The notes: generated from the sequence alone by a model not told the origin. Numbered from the stretch's first letter, positions 48,393 through 60,495 are shown. The stretch is DNA of 64,000 nucleotides from an uncultured Alphaproteobacteria bacterium (GCA_944389555.1 CALXMU010000001.1:68676-132675); one strand, 5' to 3'. Program-made: numbers and translations.

Positions 48393-50030
48393 ATGAACGA
48401 AGCGGAAAACGATATCTTAAATAATGTACCTGTTGCTAGTAAACCATCTATACCGGCTGGTTTAGAAAATGCAGATAATAAAGATATTGTAGATTATTTG
48501 TTTTCTAATGGTAATCGTTTATTGACAGCAACTGGTGCAGAACAAGAACTTCCTAAAGATACACAAAGTTTGATTGCGTATTTTTCCGGTGGTGAAATAA
48601 TTATATCTCGTACGCATCGTTATGATGGTAGGGTTTTAGCGTTTTTAGATTTGCTTAAAAAGCGCGCAAGACCGATGCGGGTGCCTTTTTATTCTGATTT
48701 GGGTTTAGTGTCTAGTATTTATAAAGCCTATGAAGGAAGACTTGGTGGTGTTGCTCGTTCACGCCAGGATTATGATAATCAGATGCAAAAGGACTTTGTC
48801 GATATTATAGCAAAGGCTGCGGCACAAAAAGTTTCTGATATTCATATAGAAGTTGCAGATCAAACGACAATATATTTCCGTATTGACGGTAGCATGCAAC
48901 CCGTTTTGGAATATAATTCTGGGTGGGGTGAATCTTTTGTTAGAGCTGCGTTCGCTTCTTCTGATATGTCTAATGCCAACTATGCGCAAAACGAATATCA
49001 GTCGGCACAGAAAGATGGACGTACGCCTTTACGCGGGACAAAAGATTTGTATCTGCCACGCGGCATATTAAGTATTCGTATGCAGTTTAACCCGATTGCC
49101 TTTGGCAGCAGATACGTGGTTATGCGTTTGCTATATGATAACCCATCAGAAGGTCTGAAAACAGAACAAGAGTTCGGTGAATATGAACAAAAATTATTGA
49201 TGCGATTGCGTTCTTTCCCAACGGGTTTGGTAATTGTTGCTGGTCCTACAAGTTCTGGTAAGTCAACGACGTTGGTAAGAAATATGTCTTTGATGCTGAA
49301 AGAGCACCATTACGAAATAAATATGATAACGGTAGAAGACCCTGTTGAACAAAAGATTTTTGGTGCTCATCAGATGCCCGTTGTAAATACTTCTAATGAA
49401 GAACAGCGTGAAGAAAAATATACAGAAGCATTGGCGTCCGCGTTACGAAGTGACCCAGATACGTTAATGGTTGGTGAGATACGTACTTTGGCTGCGGCTC
49501 AGTTGACTGTGCGTGGTGCTTTGTCGGGGCATAACGTTTGGACGACTTTGCACGCTAATTCGGCTATGTCCGCTTTGACCCGTTTATTAGATTTAGGAAT
49601 AGAAGCGTTTAAGTTAAAAGAAGAAACTTTAATGCGCGGTCTGATATCAATGAGGTTGTTTAAAAAACTTTGCCCGTATTGTCGCGAAAGATTGATAGAC
49701 CACCCAGAAGCTCCTGAATATAATCGTGTATTAGAAACATTTGGTGAACTTGGGTTGCGTCAAGTATATATTCGTGGGGCAGGGTGTGAAGAATGTAAAG
49801 GTACAGGAACGCTTGGGCGTATTAAAGCCGGAGAAATAATAATTACTAACAGTGAGTTTTTACGTATGGCTTTATCCGGTAATACAGATGGGGCATATAA
49901 ATATTGGTTGGAAGAAATGGATGGCCGCACGTTGAAAGAAGCCGCTACATCGTTAATGCTGCAGGGGATAATCGGTGTAGATGAACTTGAACGTTGGGTT
50001 GGGTTACTAGACAGACCGGGGGTATATTGA
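48393..50030 (+). CDS. GspE/PilB-family secretion ATPase (R64 PilQ-like)
   Basis: Walker A AGPTSSGKSTT, Asp/His boxes, tetracysteine CPYC...CEEC motif. Confidence 0.85.
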   Translation: MNEAENDILNNVPVASKPSIPAGLENADNKDIVDYLFSNGNRLLTATGAEQELPKDTQSLIAYFSGGEIIISRTHRYDGRVLAFLDLLKKRARPMRVPFYSDLGLVSSIYKAYEGRLGGVARSRQDYDNQMQKDFVDIIAKAAAQKVSDIHIEVADQTTIYFRIDGSMQPVLEYNSGWGESFVRAAFASSDMSNANYAQNEYQSAQKDGRTPLRGTKDLYLPRGILSIRMQFNPIAFGSRYVVMRLLYDNPSEGLKTEQEFGEYEQKLLMRLRSFPTGLVIVAGPTSSGKSTTLVRNMSLMLKEHHYEINMITVEDPVEQKIFGAHQMPVVNTSNEEQREEKYTEALASALRSDPDTLMVGEIRTLAAAQLTVRGALSGHNVWTTLHANSAMSALTRLLDLGIEAFKLKEETLMRGLISMRLFKKLCPYCRERLIDHPEAPEYNRVLETFGELGLRQVYIRGAGCEECKGTGTLGRIKAGEIIITNSEFLRMALSGNTDGAYKYWLEEMDGRTLKEAATSLMLQGIIGVDELERWVGLLDRPGVY

Positions 50031-50031
50031 T

Positions 50032-51105
50032 ATGACAACCAAACTGGATCTGTGGTATGCGAAACTTGTTTTCCGGTTAAATACAGAAAAACGTATGACT
50101 ACGGCTAGAAAATTAGCCTCGTTGCTGAGAAATGATTTTACTTTAATGGATGCGCTGGGGCGTTTAGAAATGATAGAATCGCACGGTGGTGCGAAACCAA
50201 ACGAACCTTTTGCAATCGTTATGCGAGAGTGGCAGAAAAATCTAGAAAGAGGTATGAGTTTTTCTGATGCTACGCGTGGATGGGTTCCACCAGAAGAAAC
50301 GCTTTTGGTTACATCTGGTAATTTATCTGATTTAGTAGTGGCACTGGAAAATGTTAGTCGTGTGGTTGACGGAACTCAGCGTATAAAAAGAGCCATGCTT
50401 AGCGCCATTGCTTATCCTTTGTTTTTATTATTACTGACTTTCGGTATCATTATGTTGGTGGGTATTTATTTGGTTCCACCATTGGCAGAAATTGCTGGTG
50501 ATAATATGATTTGGCGTGGAATGGCGGCTTCTTTAATTTGGTTGTCAGAATTTTCTGTTAAATATTGGTTCGTTTTTCTGTTTGGGTTTATTGCACTGGT
50601 ATCAATTATTTGGTTTACGTTGCCTAACTGGTCTGGGCGTTTGCGTGCTTTTTTTGATAAATTACCGCCATGGAATGTGTATAAAATTCAGATGTCTGTC
50701 GGTTGGTTGATGAGTTTATCTTCTATGGTAGCTGCTGGAATTACTATACCAGATGCAATGCGTATGTTAGCAGATACTTCAAATAAATATTTACGTAACA
50801 TTTTAGAAGAAACCTTACATTACATTGCAAACGGTGATAACTTAGGTAACGCATTAAGGAATACAGAACGTGATTTTCCTAATAAAGAAATAATAGGTGA
50901 TTTGGCTATTTATGCGGATATGAATAATTTTGACGAAAACCTTTCTCGCGTTGCAAATGATTATCTAGAAGAATCTGTTAGGAAAATAGAAACGATATCA
51001 AACGCGATGAATAGCATAGGTATATTACTTGTATCGGCAATTATTGCTTGGGTTGTTCTAGGTACTTTCCAAATGCAGGACCAGATTACAAATGCGTTGA
51101 CATAA
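50032..51105 (+). CDS. GspF/PilC-family inner-membrane platform protein (R64 PilR-like)
   Basis: 357 aa; two GspF-like repeats each followed by TM segments. Confidence 0.75.
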   Translation: MTTKLDLWYAKLVFRLNTEKRMTTARKLASLLRNDFTLMDALGRLEMIESHGGAKPNEPFAIVMREWQKNLERGMSFSDATRGWVPPEETLLVTSGNLSDLVVALENVSRVVDGTQRIKRAMLSAIAYPLFLLLLTFGIIMLVGIYLVPPLAEIAGDNMIWRGMAASLIWLSEFSVKYWFVFLFGFIALVSIIWFTLPNWSGRLRAFFDKLPPWNVYKIQMSVGWLMSLSSMVAAGITIPDAMRMLADTSNKYLRNILEETLHYIANGDNLGNALRNTERDFPNKEIIGDLAIYADMNNFDENLSRVANDYLEESVRKIETISNAMNSIGILLVSAIIAWVVLGTFQMQDQITNALT

Positions 51106-51130
51106 AAAACGCCCGAGTGGGCGTTTTTTT
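51105..51130. terminator. Bidirectional terminator
   Basis: aaaaacgcccgagtgggcgttttttt. Confidence 0.75.
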
Positions 51131-51698
51131 ATACCATAAAAGGTAGGTTTTCTAAAGTACCTTCTGCTACGCGTACATTAACATCCAGCAGCATAAATAT
51201 CGTATCAGATGTATGAGATATATTTTTGTTAAATATTTCTGTTGATAATAAGTGACTTGTATTTACAGATAATTTGGTTATTAAATGGTCGTCATCTAAT
51301 AATGTGTAAATAGGTCCTATATCTCGTGGTGTGTTTTCGCCTATTTCATGTTCATTTTGCGGGCAACGTAAGCCATCTAATATAGTTTTTACTCTATTAT
51401 CAATATCACTGTGAGGCAGTCCAACAATTTCTGGGTGCATCATTTGAATGTCTATTTCTGCCAATAGTTTTAGGTTTGGTGTAATGATTGGGTTCCAGTC
51501 AATGCCACCAACGTGTCTTGTTGTAATGGGGCTTTTTGTTGCCGAAGGCATCATATATTTTGTCATATTATCCCATGGTTGGTGCTCTAATAATTTCTTT
51601 AATTGCGGGTGAAATTGCATACGTATATCTGATATATGCTGAGAGCGCTTTTTAGGATTGATTAAAATATCACCAAAGTATAATAGTTTAAATCTCAT
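51129..51698 (-). CDS. Hypothetical protein (189 aa)
   Basis: ORF convergent with the pil-like operon; no recognizable motif. Confidence 0.4.
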   Translation of the reverse strand: MRFKLLYFGDILINPKKRSQHISDIRMQFHPQLKKLLEHQPWDNMTKYMMPSATKSPITTRHVGGIDWNPIITPNLKLLAEIDIQMMHPEIVGLPHSDIDNRVKTILDGLRCPQNEHEIGENTPRDIGPIYTLLDDDHLITKLSVNTSHLLSTEIFNKNISHTSDTIFMLLDVNVRVAEGTLENLPFMV

Positions 51699-51838
51699 TT
51701 TTACCTTCCTTGGGTTACATTTTTTGCCGATTTTTCGGGATTTTTTCTGATTTTAACTCGGTGTAAAAACATCCCCTTTTTCCTTGATAATTATAGCATA
51801 AATTGCTATGTTTACATAGAAAAAAGAAAGGAATATAA

Positions 51839-54238
<2,400 letters not shown>

Positions 54239-54889
54239 ATGACGTTTTCTGCGAAATGGTTTTTTGATTTAGATTTTCGTCTGCGCGAATTAGGTTTGGA
54301 TTCTGACGCGCAGACGTTTGATGAAATAAAACAAAATTTATCTTGTCATAAAAAATTTACTCCCGACGAATTTGCCTCACAGGTTATTTACGTTATTTTG
54401 GCCGGTGGGTTTTCGCAAAAAACAGCAAAAAAAATACATGAAAAAATCATGAATTTTATAGTTGATAATACATTTAATTATAATGACTTATTGACGATAT
54501 TTAATAATAAAAATAAAGTTAAAGCAATTTGTGAAGTTTGGCAAAATCGGCAATGTTTTTGTAGTGGGTATTATGAATTAGATGATTTAGAATCAAAGAT
54601 AAATTATTTACAGCGCTTGCCTCATATTGGTAAAATTACCGCAAATCATTTAGCAAGAAATCTTGGTGAAGATATTGTTAAATATGATATCTGGATTCAA
54701 CGTTTGGGGGTGTTGTATTCTGGAAATAACTCGTTGTCAGAAAAAATAAATAACGGTAAATTATCTAGCGAGGTAAAACACGTATGTGATGACATGTTTT
54801 CTCATTTAGCAAAAGAAACAGGTTTACCGCGTGGTTATATAGATGTTGTTTTATGGAAGGCGTGCCAAAACGGATTGATAAAGTTATGA
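54239..54889 (+). CDS. HhH-GPD-superfamily base-excision-repair protein (possible DNA glycosylase), translationally coupled to ung
   Basis: HhH-like [17 protein letters not shown]; ATGA overlap with ung. Confidence 0.4.
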   Translation: MTFSAKWFFDLDFRLRELGLDSDAQTFDEIKQNLSCHKKFTPDEFASQVIYVILAGGFSQKTAKKIHEKIMNFIVDNTFNYNDLLTIFNNKNKVKAICEVWQNRQCFCSGYYELDDLESKINYLQRLPHIGKITANHLARNLGEDIVKYDIWIQRLGVLYSGNNSLSEKINNGKLSSEVKHVCDDMFSHLAKETGLPRGYIDVVLWKACQNGLIKL

Positions 54890-55548
54890 ATGTAAAAATA
54901 GAACAAACTTGGAAGGATGCATTAGCAGAAGAGTTTGATAAAGATTATTTTATCAAATTGACTGATTTTGTACGTTCGGAATATTTGTCTGGTAAAGCCA
55001 TATATCCGGCACCAGCTAATATATTTAATGCTTTTAACTTATGTCCGTTGGATAAGGTAAAAGTCGTGATAATAGGGCAGGATCCTTATCATGAACCGGG
55101 ACAGGCGCACGGTTTATGTTTTTCTGTATTGCCCCCGACTCCGATACCGCCGTCGTTAGTAAATATATATAAAGAAATTCAAAATGATTTAGGGCATCCA
55201 TCTGTGACCCATGGTGATTTAACAAGTTGGGCAGAGCAGGGGGTATTATTATTAAACGCCACTCTTACCGTACGTGCGCATGCCGCTGCGTCTCATGCTG
55301 GTAAGGGGTGGGAGCAGTTTACAGATGCTGTTATAAGAGCTGTTTCTTCGCGTGAAAATATTGTTTATATGTTGTGGGGGGCATACGCGCAGAGAAAAGC
55401 AGAATTCGTTAATCCAGATAAAAATTTGATATTAAAAAGCGTTCATCCTTCTCCGTTATCTGCTAGTCGAGGTTTTTTCGGGAATCATCATTTTTCCCGG
55501 GCGAATCAATATTTAATGGAACACGGTCAAAAACCGATAGAATGGTAA
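54886..55548 (+). CDS. ung: Uracil-DNA glycosylase
   Basis: GQDPYH motif, HPSPLSA motif. Confidence 0.9.
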   Translation: MNVKIEQTWKDALAEEFDKDYFIKLTDFVRSEYLSGKAIYPAPANIFNAFNLCPLDKVKVVIIGQDPYHEPGQAHGLCFSVLPPTPIPPSLVNIYKEIQNDLGHPSVTHGDLTSWAEQGVLLLNATLTVRAHAAASHAGKGWEQFTDAVIRAVSSRENIVYMLWGAYAQRKAEFVNPDKNLILKSVHPSPLSASRGFFGNHHFSRANQYLMEHGQKPIEW

Positions 55549-55577
55549 AAAACACCGGCGTTTGCCGGTGTTTTTTT
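55547..55577. terminator. Bidirectional terminator ung / pagL-like
   Basis: aaaaaacaccggcgtttgccggtgttttttt. Confidence 0.75.
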
Positions 55578-56136
55578 AAAAACTGTAAGTAACGCCAAGA
55601 CCGTAAAAGGCATAGGAATAATTTGCTTGGGCAGTATTTGCGTTTGAAAAGTGCTGCATAAATACTTCTATTCCCCAATTATCTGTAATTCTATATCCGC
55701 CAATTAGTTTGAATTGAAATAACAATTTCGCGCCAAGTCTTTCATTTTGTTGCGCTTGTAATCCCATACCTATACCTGTTGAAAAATACCAATTTTCACC
55801 ATGTGCGATAGCTATATCTTCAGATAAAAATATCATCGGTATAGTATATTTATCCCAATCCCAACCATATTTTTGACCAAAACCTAGCGTTTGACTGATG
55901 TTTATAGATTGCCGTGCAGGAACCTTAAAAAATGTTGTGGGTTGAGAGTACTGAAAATGGGTAAGATAAAAGGGAACCAGTTGTGTTGGTGGCGGAATAA
56001 GAAAACCACTGTTTACACCTTGGCCAATGTTTAGTGCAATTTGGTTTTTATGGTTGCCCATAAAAGGGTTATCACTCGCCGCAAAAGCAGATGTGTAGCA
56101 AAATAATATACCTAAAAATAGCGCGATTTTTTTCAT
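55576..56136 (-). CDS. Outer-membrane beta-barrel protein, PagL-like lipid A 3-O-deacylase
   Basis: Signal peptide, ~8 amphipathic strands, C-terminal Phe, and an HFSNA stretch matching the PagL His/Ser active-site region (HxSN). Confidence 0.45.
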   Translation of the reverse strand: MKKIALFLGILFCYTSAFAASDNPFMGNHKNQIALNIGQGVNSGFLIPPPTQLVPFYLTHFQYSQPTTFFKVPARQSINISQTLGFGQKYGWDWDKYTIPMIFLSEDIAIAHGENWYFSTGIGMGLQAQQNERLGAKLLFQFKLIGGYRITDNWGIEVFMQHFSNANTAQANYSYAFYGLGVTYSF

Positions 56137-56272
56137 ATGTTTAATATATATAAAATGAATCTAACTTTCAATAGTAATTTATTAAAAAACATAATGATTT
56201 TGTTATAAGAATAAATTCTTTGTTATTGTTTCTCTTGCATTTAAGAATTTCTTTGATATAATGCGGGGCATT

Positions 56273-56349
56273 GGCGGGATAGCTCAGCTGGTTAGAGCAG
56301 TGGAATCATAATCCACGTGTCGGGGGTTCAAGTCCCTCTCCCGCTACCA
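56273..56349 (+). tRNA. tRNA with CAT anticodon (elongator Met or Ile2/lysidine)
   Basis: Acceptor ggcggga/tcccgct (G1·U72), D-arm agctcagctggttagagc, anticodon loop atcataa, T-arm gggggttcaagtccctc, CCA encoded. Confidence 0.8.
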
Positions 56350-56357
56350 GAATAAAG

Positions 56358-56388
56358 AAGCGTCTATCATGGACGCTTTATCTTTTTG
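56358..56388. terminator. Terminator hairpin
   Basis: aagcgtctatcatggacgctt + tatctttttg. Confidence 0.65.
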
Positions 56389-56389
56389 T

Positions 56390-57058
56390 TTAGAAAGCAT
56401 CACCGACTTTATCATATCGTTTATGAATACAGCCGATAGCTGTTTTATGAACACCGGCGGTTATGTCGTAGTATATAAATCTTCCGTCGCGACGTGATTT
56501 TACGAAATCGTCATCAGATAATTTTTTTAAGTATTGAGAAACTTTGATTTGTGAAATTCCTGTACCTTCAACTATTTTTGAAACGCATGATTCGCCTTGA
56601 TAGGTAAGATATTCCAGTATTCTCATTTTATCATAATTGGCAAAAAGTTTGATTCTGTTTGCCGCCATGGTCGTGTAATCGGTTGGTAATATTTCTCGAT
56701 AGTTAGAACGTAGAAATTTTAACTGATCCGTCATATGTCCAAATAATTTTCGTAGGCATACGAATATACTAGCTGGGTATTCTTCACATATTTCGTAATA
56801 TATGAATATTCCGCGTCTGTGTGTTTTAACGAGATTGGCTTCACGCATTTTTCGTAGCGATTGTGAAACAATCATTTGTTCTGCGTTTACCCCATGAGAA
56901 ATTGCAGATACAGATGACATTCCATTTACGTCCAGAAATTCAAGAATTCTTAATCTTAAAGGATGGGCTATATAAGTAAGGCCGCGTACAGCTCTTTCCA
57001 TTACATTTTTTGGTAATGTACGCGTTATTTTTACGTTAGGCAATACGTGCTCAGGCAT
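56390..57058 (-). CDS. Transcriptional regulator with two tandem ArsR/SmtB-type winged-HTH domains
   Basis: Two repeats of the HPLRLRILEFL.../...RMRILEYL... pattern. Confidence 0.55.
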   Translation of the reverse strand: MPEHVLPNVKITRTLPKNVMERAVRGLTYIAHPLRLRILEFLDVNGMSSVSAISHGVNAEQMIVSQSLRKMREANLVKTHRRGIFIYYEICEEYPASIFVCLRKLFGHMTDQLKFLRSNYREILPTDYTTMAANRIKLFANYDKMRILEYLTYQGESCVSKIVEGTGISQIKVSQYLKKLSDDDFVKSRRDGRFIYYDITAGVHKTAIGCIHKRYDKVGDAF

Positions 57059-57187
57059 TTTGACCTCTTATTTGTTTTTATGTTTTTAATATAACAGGAT
57101 TTTTTTATTTGGTAAATAATAATTTGACTTTCTTATAGATATAATTTATCATATATATGAATTTTTATATATCGGAAGGGCTTAAAA

Positions 57188-57700
57188 ATGAGAAAGTTTT
57201 TTAAAAATATACCGTTTTTATCTTTGCTTTTTTTACCATCAATATCAATGGCTAATCCCGCATGTGCCGTATGTACTGTTGCAATAGGGGCGTCGCTTGA
57301 AATTGCAAGAAGGCTGGGGGTACCAGATTCTGTTGTTGGTTTATGGGCAGGTGCTTTATTAACGTTGTTGGGTTATTGGACGATAAAGTTTTTTGATAAA
57401 AAAGGTTGGCGTTTTTGGGGACGTAATGCTTTGCTGATAGCTGTTTCGGTTGCAATGATAGGTTTTATTTATTTAGGTGAAGTTCATTATAGTCCAATTT
57501 GGATTTGCGGTTTCTTGTATATAGACCCTGTTTTATTTGGGGCTTTATTAGGGATGATTTTATTCATTTTAGTCGAAAAATTATACGACTGGATGAAAAA
57601 GAAAAATGGGGGACGTGCTCATTTCCCGTTTGAGAAAGTTGTGTTACCGGTAGTTGTGTTGGCTTTAGTCAGTTGGTGGTTATGTGTATGCAGTTTTTAG
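57188..57700 (+). CDS. Hypothetical 4-TM membrane protein with N-terminal CAVC and C-terminal CVC motifs
   Basis: Signal-like N-terminus then ANPACAVCT; divergent from the ArsR-like regulator. Confidence 0.45.
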   Translation: MRKFFKNIPFLSLLFLPSISMANPACAVCTVAIGASLEIARRLGVPDSVVGLWAGALLTLLGYWTIKFFDKKGWRFWGRNALLIAVSVAMIGFIYLGEVHYSPIWICGFLYIDPVLFGALLGMILFILVEKLYDWMKKKNGGRAHFPFEKVVLPVVVLALVSWWLCVCSF

Positions 57701-57710
57701 GGAGGAAGAT

Positions 57711-58274
57711 ATGGAAAAAATAAAAAACGTTAAAGAATTTGTTGAGAAATTAGATAACGCAAAGAAAGTGAATCCGAAAGATTTGTCATCTGACCAGGAT
57801 TTAACTATAGGTATTATGAATTTAATATCGATAGAAGAGCATTTGATGTTTTCTGGTGCAAAGACAGGTAAAAAAGAATTTTATAATTTGATAAATGAAG
57901 TGCGTGAACAGCGCAAACAAATGATGCAAAAGATAATACCGTCGTATGAAGGAGAGGTTTGGTGTATTTCTAAGCATTTATTGGCTTCGTCTATGCGCTT
58001 GTTTGAAGTTGGTACAAAGGCTTTGGCGGCTGGGAATAAAAAAGATGCTTATGATTTATTTGACAGGTCTTATGGTTTGTATTGTATGTTTTGGGGATTA
58101 AATATGGGGATGTTGAACGGTGGTACAGATATGAAGTGGGTTAAAACATCTTCTAAAACGAAAGAAACACGGCAAAGTTTACCTGAAATAGATGAAATGA
58201 AGCAGCCGCAAGAAGGTAAAATGTCTCGATTAAAGAATTGGGTAAAAAACGCTGTAAATTGCTGTATAGAATAA
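57711..58274 (+). CDS. Hypothetical protein
   Basis: RBS GGGAGG before the ATG at 57711. Confidence 0.4.
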   Translation: MEKIKNVKEFVEKLDNAKKVNPKDLSSDQDLTIGIMNLISIEEHLMFSGAKTGKKEFYNLINEVREQRKQMMQKIIPSYEGEVWCISKHLLASSMRLFEVGTKALAAGNKKDAYDLFDRSYGLYCMFWGLNMGMLNGGTDMKWVKTSSKTKETRQSLPEIDEMKQPQEGKMSRLKNWVKNAVNCCIE

Positions 58275-58284
58275 TTTGGTGACG

Positions 58285-58310
58285 AAATCCCGCGAAAAGG
58301 CGGGATTTTT
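58285..58310 (+). terminator. Rho-independent terminator
   Basis: aaatcccgcgaaaaggcgggattttt. Confidence 0.75.
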
Positions 58311-58356
58311 ATTCTTGATTTTTCGTCTAAAGCCCTTATAATTGGCGGGTAATAGT

Positions 58357-58430
58357 GCCCTAATAGTCTAGTGGTAAAACACGTCCTTGGTAAGGACGAG
58401 TCGCAAGTCCGATTCTTGCTTAGGGCACCA
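58357..58430 (+). tRNA. tRNA-Thr (anticodon GGT), atypical and possibly degenerate
   Basis: Acceptor gccctaa/ttagggc-a-cca, anticodon stem cgtcc/ggacg with loop ttggtaa; but a short D-arm with a mismatch and a T-loop tccgatt (C at the Psi55 position). Confidence 0.5.
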
Positions 58431-58600
58431 GGTTTGTATGGGCGCGTCTGCGCAGATGTGACTGACAACCACGGAGCAGATTAAACCTAAGTAAAGTTAT
58501 AAATCAGGGTGGCACCGCGCAATTTATTTGCGCCCCTGAATTGAATCTTTTCGGGTGCCGAAATCTTTCCTCTTTCGACCCCAGAATAATAAAAAGGGAC
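58431..58600 (+). promoter_or_regulatory. Structured GC-rich ~170-nt leader between the tRNA and aspS (possible cis-regulatory RNA or small RNA)
   Basis: Several hairpins (gcgc-gtct-gcgc; gcgcaa-tttat-ttgcgc; ttcgg-gtg-ccgaa; ggcacc...ggtgcc) and no ORF. Confidence 0.25.
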
Positions 58601-58604
58601 CAAT

Positions 58605-60374
58605 ATGTTATCTTTAAAATCTAAGTACAGAACTCATACTTGTGGGGAACTGAATAAGAAAAACGTCGGCGAAGTCGTTACTTTGTCAGGCTGGGTACAT
58701 CGTAAACGTGACCATGGGGCATTGCTTTTCGTTGATCTGCGCGATAATTACGGAATTACTCAATGCGTTTTTGACGGTGGAAATGAGGTTTTGGAAAAAG
58801 TTCGACCAGAATCAGTAATTAAAATTACAGGTACTGTCGTTGCTCGTGACGATGCTGCTGTTAACGATAAAATACCAACCGGTGAAATAGAAGTTAAAGC
58901 TGATGCTTGGGAAATTCTTACGAATTCAGATGTTTTGCCTTTCCAAGTTTTCGGTGACGATGATTCTGTGTCTGAAGATTTGCGTTTGAAATATAGATAT
59001 CTTGATTTACGCCGTGAGTCTTTACATCGTAATATCTTGATGCGTAACAAAATGATTAAATTTATTCGCGATAGAATGTGGGAAATGGGTTTCTCTGAAT
59101 TCCAGACTCCTATTTTAACTGCCTCTAGCCCAGAAGGAGCACGTGACTTTATCGTGCCGTCTCGTTATCATCATGGTATGTTTTATGCTTTACCGCAGGC
59201 GCCACAGCAGTTTAAGCAGTTAATACAAATTTCCGGTTTTGATAGATATTTCCAAATTGCACCCTGTTTCCGCGATGAAGATTTGCGCGCAGATAGATTG
59301 TTAGAATTCTATCAATTAGATTTGGAAATGTCTTTTGTTGATTTGCCTGATATTCAAGCGGTAGGTAATACGTTAATGCCGGCAATCATTAAAGAGTTTG
59401 TACCAGACGCAAAAATATGTCCGGAAATTCCTCATATACCTTTTGATGAAGCGATGTTGAAATACGGAAGTGATAAACCAGATTTAAGAAACCCGATTAT
59501 CATTTCTGATGTAACAGAGATTTTCCGCGGTTCCGATTTCGGTATTTTTGCAAACGCTATAGAGCAGGGGGCTGTAGTTCGCGCAATACCTGCACCAAAT
59601 AGTGCGGACAAACCGCGCTCTTGGTTTGATAAGCTAGGAGATTATGCCGTTAAAGAACTTGGGCTTGGTGGTTTAGGTTATATTGTATTTGCCGATGAGG
59701 CAAAAGGACCGGTTGCAAAGAAGTTAGATGCAGAGCGCATCGCAAAGTTGCGTGAAATATCCGGGAATAATTCTTCGTTGTTCTTTTTTTGCGATAAAGA
59801 AGAAGTTGCAGCTAAAGCGGCCGGTAAATTACGTAATAAATTAGGCGAAGATTTGGGTTTAATTGATCCGAAAGAATTTCGTCTTTGCTGGATTGAATCG
59901 TTCCCGTTCTTTGAGGAAGACGAAGAATCTCCGACAGGTTTAAAATTTACGCACAATCCATTCTCTTTCCCGATGGCAACGTTAGAGGAATTGAAAACGA
60001 AAGATCCTTTATCCATTAAAGCCGCGCAATTTGATATGGTATTAAATGGAGCAGAAATCTGCAGTGGAGGTTTACGTAATTATAATCCAGAAATTATGTT
60101 ACGTTGCTTTGAAATAACAGGTTACGATGAAGAAATCGTAAAGCAGAAATTTGGCGGTATGTATACAGCGTTTCAATATGGTGCTCCACCGCACGGCGGT
60201 TGCGCATTTGGTTTGGATAGATTGGTTCAGATTATGTTGAATGAACCTAATTTACGTGAAGTTGTTATTTTCCCAACTAATCAGCGCGGGCAAGATTTAA
60301 TGATGGGAAGCCCAAGTGAAGTTACGGAAAAGCAATTACGTGAAGTTCATATCCAAGTTCGTAAGAAAGGATAA
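58605..60374 (+). CDS. aspS: Aspartyl-tRNA synthetase
   Basis: N-terminal OB anticodon-binding domain, class II motifs (FRDEDLRADR, GGCAFGLDRL). Confidence 0.95.
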   Translation: MLSLKSKYRTHTCGELNKKNVGEVVTLSGWVHRKRDHGALLFVDLRDNYGITQCVFDGGNEVLEKVRPESVIKITGTVVARDDAAVNDKIPTGEIEVKADAWEILTNSDVLPFQVFGDDDSVSEDLRLKYRYLDLRRESLHRNILMRNKMIKFIRDRMWEMGFSEFQTPILTASSPEGARDFIVPSRYHHGMFYALPQAPQQFKQLIQISGFDRYFQIAPCFRDEDLRADRLLEFYQLDLEMSFVDLPDIQAVGNTLMPAIIKEFVPDAKICPEIPHIPFDEAMLKYGSDKPDLRNPIIISDVTEIFRGSDFGIFANAIEQGAVVRAIPAPNSADKPRSWFDKLGDYAVKELGLGGLGYIVFADEAKGPVAKKLDAERIAKLREISGNNSSLFFFCDKEEVAAKAAGKLRNKLGEDLGLIDPKEFRLCWIESFPFFEEDEESPTGLKFTHNPFSFPMATLEELKTKDPLSIKAAQFDMVLNGAEICSGGLRNYNPEIMLRCFEITGYDEEIVKQKFGGMYTAFQYGAPPHGGCAFGLDRLVQIMLNEPNLREVVIFPTNQRGQDLMMGSPSEVTEKQLREVHIQVRKKG

Positions 60375-60397
60375 AATTGTTCTATGTGCATAAAAAT

Positions 60398-60427
60398 AAG
60401 GCAACATACAGTTGCCTTATTTTTTTG
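60398..60427 (+). terminator. Rho-independent terminator after aspS
   Basis: aaggcaacatacagttgcctt + TTTTTTTG. Confidence 0.75.
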
Positions 60428-60495
60428 TGTGAAATCAAACCTATTAAAAATACTTTTTTAGTCATATATAATCCGATGATAAAAATGAGGCGGGA

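Noticed and set aside
58070-58468. 132-aa minus-strand ORF
   Set aside because: Overlaps the 3' end of a + strand gene, a terminator and a tRNA; spurious.
58431-58600. Considered SRP (4.5S) RNA or 6S RNA identity for the aspS leader
   Set aside because: No GGAA-tetraloop/helix-8 SRP motif and no 6S-like central bubble could be recognized by eye; left as an unassigned structured leader.
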